DNA from: Candidatus Bathyarchaeota archaeon
Lineage (GTDB): Archaea; Thermoproteota; Bathyarchaeia; Bathyarchaeales; Bathycorpusculaceae
Assembly: GCA_963768425.1 (NCBI GenBank)
Contig: CAVYHV010000017.1
Location: 192,001-256,000, forward strand
Direction: 5' to 3'
DNA: 64,000 nucleotides
The position numbers were made by a program, and so were the translations under genes. Shown here in pieces: positions 60,213 to 64,000 of the stretch (the stretch's first letter is position 1; every line of letters begins with the position of its first letter). The notes beneath the pieces are model-generated. The model saw only the letters and a program-made list of their open reading frames with translations, searched no databases and was not told where the DNA came from.

Positions 60213-62522
60213 TTATCCTCCATTCTGATTGACGTTCGTCCTGACTTTAAAGATGGCAACTTCATTGTTAATAAATACCAAGCTAAATTCTGGGTCGTCA
60301 GCAAATTTTGTGTTCACCCCAAAATCACGGTTTGCAATGTAAGAAACCGAGTTTGCTTGCAACTCCGCTTTATAATCAAATGTAGTTAAGGGCAAACTCA
60401 CATCTGGTTTTTGCGCGTTTTGAGCGTCAGAAATTAATGTTTGGTTCAAGCTATTTGTGTTTAATATCTCATTTTCCGTAACTGGGTAAATGCCTACAAA
60501 AATTTGTATTTCTGCAGAGGACTTGCCTTGTAAGTTGTAAGAAAGCTGGGTTATGCAGGGATTTTGTGAGTTAAACGCCTTCACTTGTGGCTGATTTTCC
60601 TCAAAAACAAGTTGGCCGACCTCTTTCAGACCAGTATCTAACATTGCTACAGTGTTATTGGACGGCTGCAAGAATTGACCTTGGGCATTTATTATGAAAT
60701 TGATCCAGTCTAAAGAAACGTTCTGATTGATGCTCTGAAGTACTATAGTCATGTTTGCGAATGCCACCCCTTGAGAGACAGTTAAAATTTCGGAGTAACT
60801 GAAGTCATTGTTTGCTTTGTCTACGATAATGGATGGGCTGTTGCTTTGTGCACCATCTAGCTGCATATTGACTACCGGCATTTGCGTTACGTCAGTGGAC
60901 TGCCTGGATCCAACGCTCTGTGAGAGCAAAGTAATCTCACTGTTGTTGAACTGGAAGAAAGGAACGGGAAAAGGTGTCCAGCTAAGGTCGGCGAGAAATT
61001 CAGGGTTATGTCTTCCGATGTACCCGCCGTCTTCTCGGACCTGAATGTAGCCGTTATCGATCATGTAATCAGTATCAAGCAGATTAGAAGCAAAAGTTGC
61101 TGGCGCTAACTCACTGTCAACCGTTAAGTATTGCGGTTGAACCGCGCTCAAGGTAGGCCGTTGTGCAAAACCGCCAAGCCACCATCCGTAAAGAGCGTCA
61201 GAAACAAAAACTGACCCGGGTGCAGTGTTTTGCTCAGCCCAGTGAATTGCTTGGTATCCGGGTTTGTCCATAGTTTGGTAGAAGCTTTGAATAGTCACGC
61301 CTTGCCAAGGAGTGAGAAAGATAGGAAGGGTAACGAGAAAGATAAGTATGAAGCCTAACGTGAAGATGGAGTAAACTCTCTTGTGGGTTATGACAGCGGA
61401 GATTCTGGTAGCCCACTTGTCTGCGGTCCTCGTTGTTTTCTGCATTTGGCGTGTCAGGTTGTGGTAAGGGACTGTTAGGTGTGCAAAATAGGTTGAACCG
61501 TGATCAATCATCATGGCGAAAAGTATGATAACGGGTAAAACCAGGAAATAGAGAAAACGATTGTAATCGACTAAAAGCCCGAACAAGTAGCCTTGTGTCA
61601 GGATCAGCGGAACGAAAAGCCACATTATTACCAGGAAAGTTGGAAGCGAAATGAATCGGCGTTTATATTTTTTAGATAATAGAAGCAGTGGGAGAAGGCA
61701 GGCGAAGAGCGCTAAGACTTCATCCATAGGAAGCACTCTTGTCGCAATTATCGCTTGATCAATAGCGCTAACAGCGGAAAACGACGAGTTAGCGCTCAAG
61801 TAAGCAGGAACCGCCTTTACAAGAAACGGTGAAACAAGAATTGCGCCTCCTACCAGTGGAAGTAACCAACTTAGAACGTTTTTTCGTGTTGTTCCGAACG
61901 TTCTAGGCGCTACAAGCGCAAAAAACACAGTGGCGGCTGTTATTCCTAAGAAAACGGCAGCGCTTAACGAATGAGTCAAGAATATGGATCCGACCAAGAT
62001 TGAACCCGAAACAAGAAAAGGACTCATCGAAAACCTTTCTCTTCGAAGAAACAGGTAAAAAGTCAAAGGAATTAAAAGCAGTGTTATCACGTTGGGGTAG
62101 CCCGCCCACATCAACATTTCGATATCAAAACGTGAAACTGCGACTAAAAACGCAACAATAAAAGCTGCTGACTCAGACCATACTGTTCTAGTTATCAAAA
62201 AAGCGGCTAAAACAATAAGGGAAGAAAATAGTGCAACAATTAGAGCCTGTGCCACATAGTCTGTTAAGCCCGTCATGAGCATTACGGCTGAAGCAAAAAT
62301 GTGGTACCCCGGAAAGGTTAAGGATTGGCCTCCACCCATCTGGAAGTAGTCGTAGAGGAAATTGGTATTGCCTGAACCCGTTATAGAGTTGATGACGCTT
62401 GCGTGTAACCCTATGTCAGCGCCAGGCGGGAACCCTTGCCAAAACATTAGAACGATACGGTAAATAAAAGAGAAAACGAAAATCAAAAGCAGCAGAACAT
62501 ATTTCTTGTTTGCATTGAACAC
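60213..62522 (-). CDS. GT-C fold-like multi-TM glycosyltransferase (paralog)
   Basis: GADIGLH, FPGYH, THSLS, RFLYF, SDALYGWW; about 12 TM segments plus extracellular domain. Confidence 0.65.
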   Translation of the reverse strand: MFNANKKYVLLLLIFVFSFIYRIVLMFWQGFPPGADIGLHASVINSITGSGNTNFLYDYFQMGGGQSLTFPGYHIFASAVMLMTGLTDYVAQALIVALFSSLIVLAAFLITRTVWSESAAFIVAFLVAVSRFDIEMLMWAGYPNVITLLLIPLTFYLFLRRERFSMSPFLVSGSILVGSIFLTHSLSAAVFLGITAATVFFALVAPRTFGTTRKNVLSWLLPLVGGAILVSPFLVKAVPAYLSANSSFSAVSAIDQAIIATRVLPMDEVLALFACLLPLLLLSKKYKRRFISLPTFLVIMWLFVPLILTQGYLFGLLVDYNRFLYFLVLPVIILFAMMIDHGSTYFAHLTVPYHNLTRQMQKTTRTADKWATRISAVITHKRVYSIFTLGFILIFLVTLPIFLTPWQGVTIQSFYQTMDKPGYQAIHWAEQNTAPGSVFVSDALYGWWLGGFAQRPTLSAVQPQYLTVDSELAPATFASNLLDTDYMIDNGYIQVREDGGYIGRHNPEFLADLSWTPFPVPFFQFNNSEITLLSQSVGSRQSTDVTQMPVVNMQLDGAQSNSPSIIVDKANNDFSYSEILTVSQGVAFANMTIVLQSINQNVSLDWINFIINAQGQFLQPSNNTVAMLDTGLKEVGQLVFEENQPQVKAFNSQNPCITQLSYNLQGKSSAEIQIFVGIYPVTENEILNTNSLNQTLISDAQNAQKPDVSLPLTTFDYKAELQANSVSYIANRDFGVNTKFADDPEFSLVFINNEVAIFKVRTNVNQNGG

Positions 62523-62640
62523 TTGCGCCCCTCCCTTTCCGTGAAATTCTTTTGTGTTTGATGAAATTGTTAGTCAAAGCTTAAATATGAAAATCGAGTA
62601 TAAAAAGCCCAGAGTAATAAAAAAGGAAAAAGGTGTTTAA

Positions 62641-63069
62641 ATGTCGTGGCTTAAATCTATGATGGAAAAAGAGCCTCCAGAACCAGAGAATCCAATCGGC
62701 ATAGTCGTTATAGGCAATATTGAACCGGACATGCATGACACAGCAAAAGAAGCAGTTAGGCGATCACTAAAACGCGCTGGATTCAAAACAATCGACGTAG
62801 GAAAAAGCGTTGCTCCACAAGTTTTCGTTGACAAGGCAAAAGAGAACAATGCGAACTTGATTGCTATTTCAGTGAACACTGTTCCAGCAAAGAACAATCT
62901 TGCAAAACTTGATGAAGCATTGAAGGCAGCTGGCCTCAAAGGAAAAATCGCCATAATAATGGGCGGTGCTGCAGTCAAGAAAGAAGACGCTGACGCTATG
63001 GGTGCACTCTTCGGCAAAAACAAAGAAGAAGCTCCTGAACTTGCAAAGAAAGCAATAGGCAAAAAATAG
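62641..63069 (+). CDS. Stand-alone corrinoid (B12-binding) protein
   Basis: DMHDTAK (DxHxxG variant), AGF..IDVG..V, MGGAAV; no N-terminal cap domain. Confidence 0.85.
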   Translation: MSWLKSMMEKEPPEPENPIGIVVIGNIEPDMHDTAKEAVRRSLKRAGFKTIDVGKSVAPQVFVDKAKENNANLIAISVNTVPAKNNLAKLDEALKAAGLKGKIAIIMGGAAVKKEDADAMGALFGKNKEEAPELAKKAIGKK

Positions 63070-63087
63070 TCCTTCAGATGAGGAAAA

Positions 63088-63999
63088 ATGTCCTTTAAAT
63101 TCAACACGAAACAAAATATTTACACGGTTGGAAAAGCTAAAGTAGGCGGTCAGCCAGGAGAACTACCGACTTTTCTGATTGGTTCCATCTTTTGGCTCGG
63201 CCAGAAAATGGTTCAAGACGCAAACAAGGGTATTTTTGATGCAAAGGCAGCAGAAGACATAATCAACACTATGCAGACGCAAAGCGACATTACTGGTGTA
63301 CAGTTCGCTTTTGACATTGTAGGAACTACTGATATGGCCTTTGAAAAATACATCGATTTCGTTGCAAAACACAGCGACGCACCTCTTATGCTCGATGCTA
63401 TGAGCCCAAAGACACGTATGACGGCAGCTACTATCGCAAAGAAGATGGGCCTTGCAGACCGGTGTCTCTACAACTCAGTCTACAAAGGTGTGACTGATGC
63501 GGAACTGGCGAATTTGAAAGAAAGCGGCGTCAAAATGTCTATAGTGCTTGCTGATGACCCTAAAGATACCACAATGGAAGGTAAAATGAAGGTCATCCAG
63601 GAAGCATTAGCGTTGGCAGAAAAAGGCGGAATCACTAAGCCTTTGATTGACACGGCTATTCCCGCCTTCGCTCCAGACATGGGTACTGCGGTTAGAACAA
63701 TACCGATCATGAAAGAGAAGTACGGTCACCCAGTAGGCTTAGGCAGCGGAAACGTTGTCACAACCATGGGTTGGGTTAAAGCAAACGTCGCGAAAGAATT
63801 CCGCCCCGGGTGCAGAACCTCAACCAACTCTATCATGCAGACAGTAGGCGCTAACTGGCTTATGATTGGACCCGCAGAGCAAGCAGAATGGATTTTCCCC
63901 GCCGTTGCAATAACTGACACATACATTGCTTCAGCCGCAGGCGACCTTGGAACTAGACCAATAGACGAGACTCATCCAATCTACAAAATGTTCATGTAG
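63088..63999 (+). CDS. MtrH/MtgA-like pterin-dependent methyltransferase
   Basis: VGGQPGELPTFLIGSIF, P.MLDA, YNS, PLIDTA, G.P.G.G.GN, GAN.LM.GP. Confidence 0.88.
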   Translation: MSFKFNTKQNIYTVGKAKVGGQPGELPTFLIGSIFWLGQKMVQDANKGIFDAKAAEDIINTMQTQSDITGVQFAFDIVGTTDMAFEKYIDFVAKHSDAPLMLDAMSPKTRMTAATIAKKMGLADRCLYNSVYKGVTDAELANLKESGVKMSIVLADDPKDTTMEGKMKVIQEALALAEKGGITKPLIDTAIPAFAPDMGTAVRTIPIMKEKYGHPVGLGSGNVVTTMGWVKANVAKEFRPGCRTSTNSIMQTVGANWLMIGPAEQAEWIFPAVAITDTYIASAAGDLGTRPIDETHPIYKMFM

Positions 64000-64000
64000 A

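Noticed and set aside
63088-63999. Evidence for methanogenesis (Mtr complex)
   Set aside because: An MtrH-like gene alone, without mtrA-G or mcr in the window, does not support it.

Overview
Archaeal DNA, most likely Bathyarchaeia (inferred from the gene repertoire: MtrH-like methyltransferase, Tes-like radical SAM, CobY, tandem Lrp, several large PQQ-repeat surface proteins, TATA-type promoters). The window is dominated by an unusually dense biosynthetic region with 13 radical-SAM genes: 8 cobalamin-binding (class B-type) paralogs, 3 SPASM-domain enzymes, 1 HemN-like and 1 Tes/GDGT-MAS-like tetraether synthase translationally coupled to a UbiA/DGGGP-synthase-like prenyltransferase. Interleaved with them are the archaeal cobamide nucleotide-loop genes (cobS, cobY, cobD, cbiB), three divergent Dph6/DUF71 ATP-pyrophosphatases, GT2/GT4/GT-C glycosyltransferases, a sugar epimerase, a DUF362 Fe-S protein, an orphan RnfD-ferredoxin fusion, and a corrinoid protein plus MtrH-like pair. 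My leading hypothesis (inference) is a B12-self-supplying cluster for tailoring ether lipids or glycolipids; cobamide/tetrapyrrole remodelling is the main alternative. An AT-richer block of small genes (~34.2-41.3 kb) interrupts the cluster. Many genes carry single-base frameshifts that look like long-read sequencing errors. I saw no rRNA, tRNA, CRISPR array or transposase. Family assignments come from motif recognition only; no database search was run.
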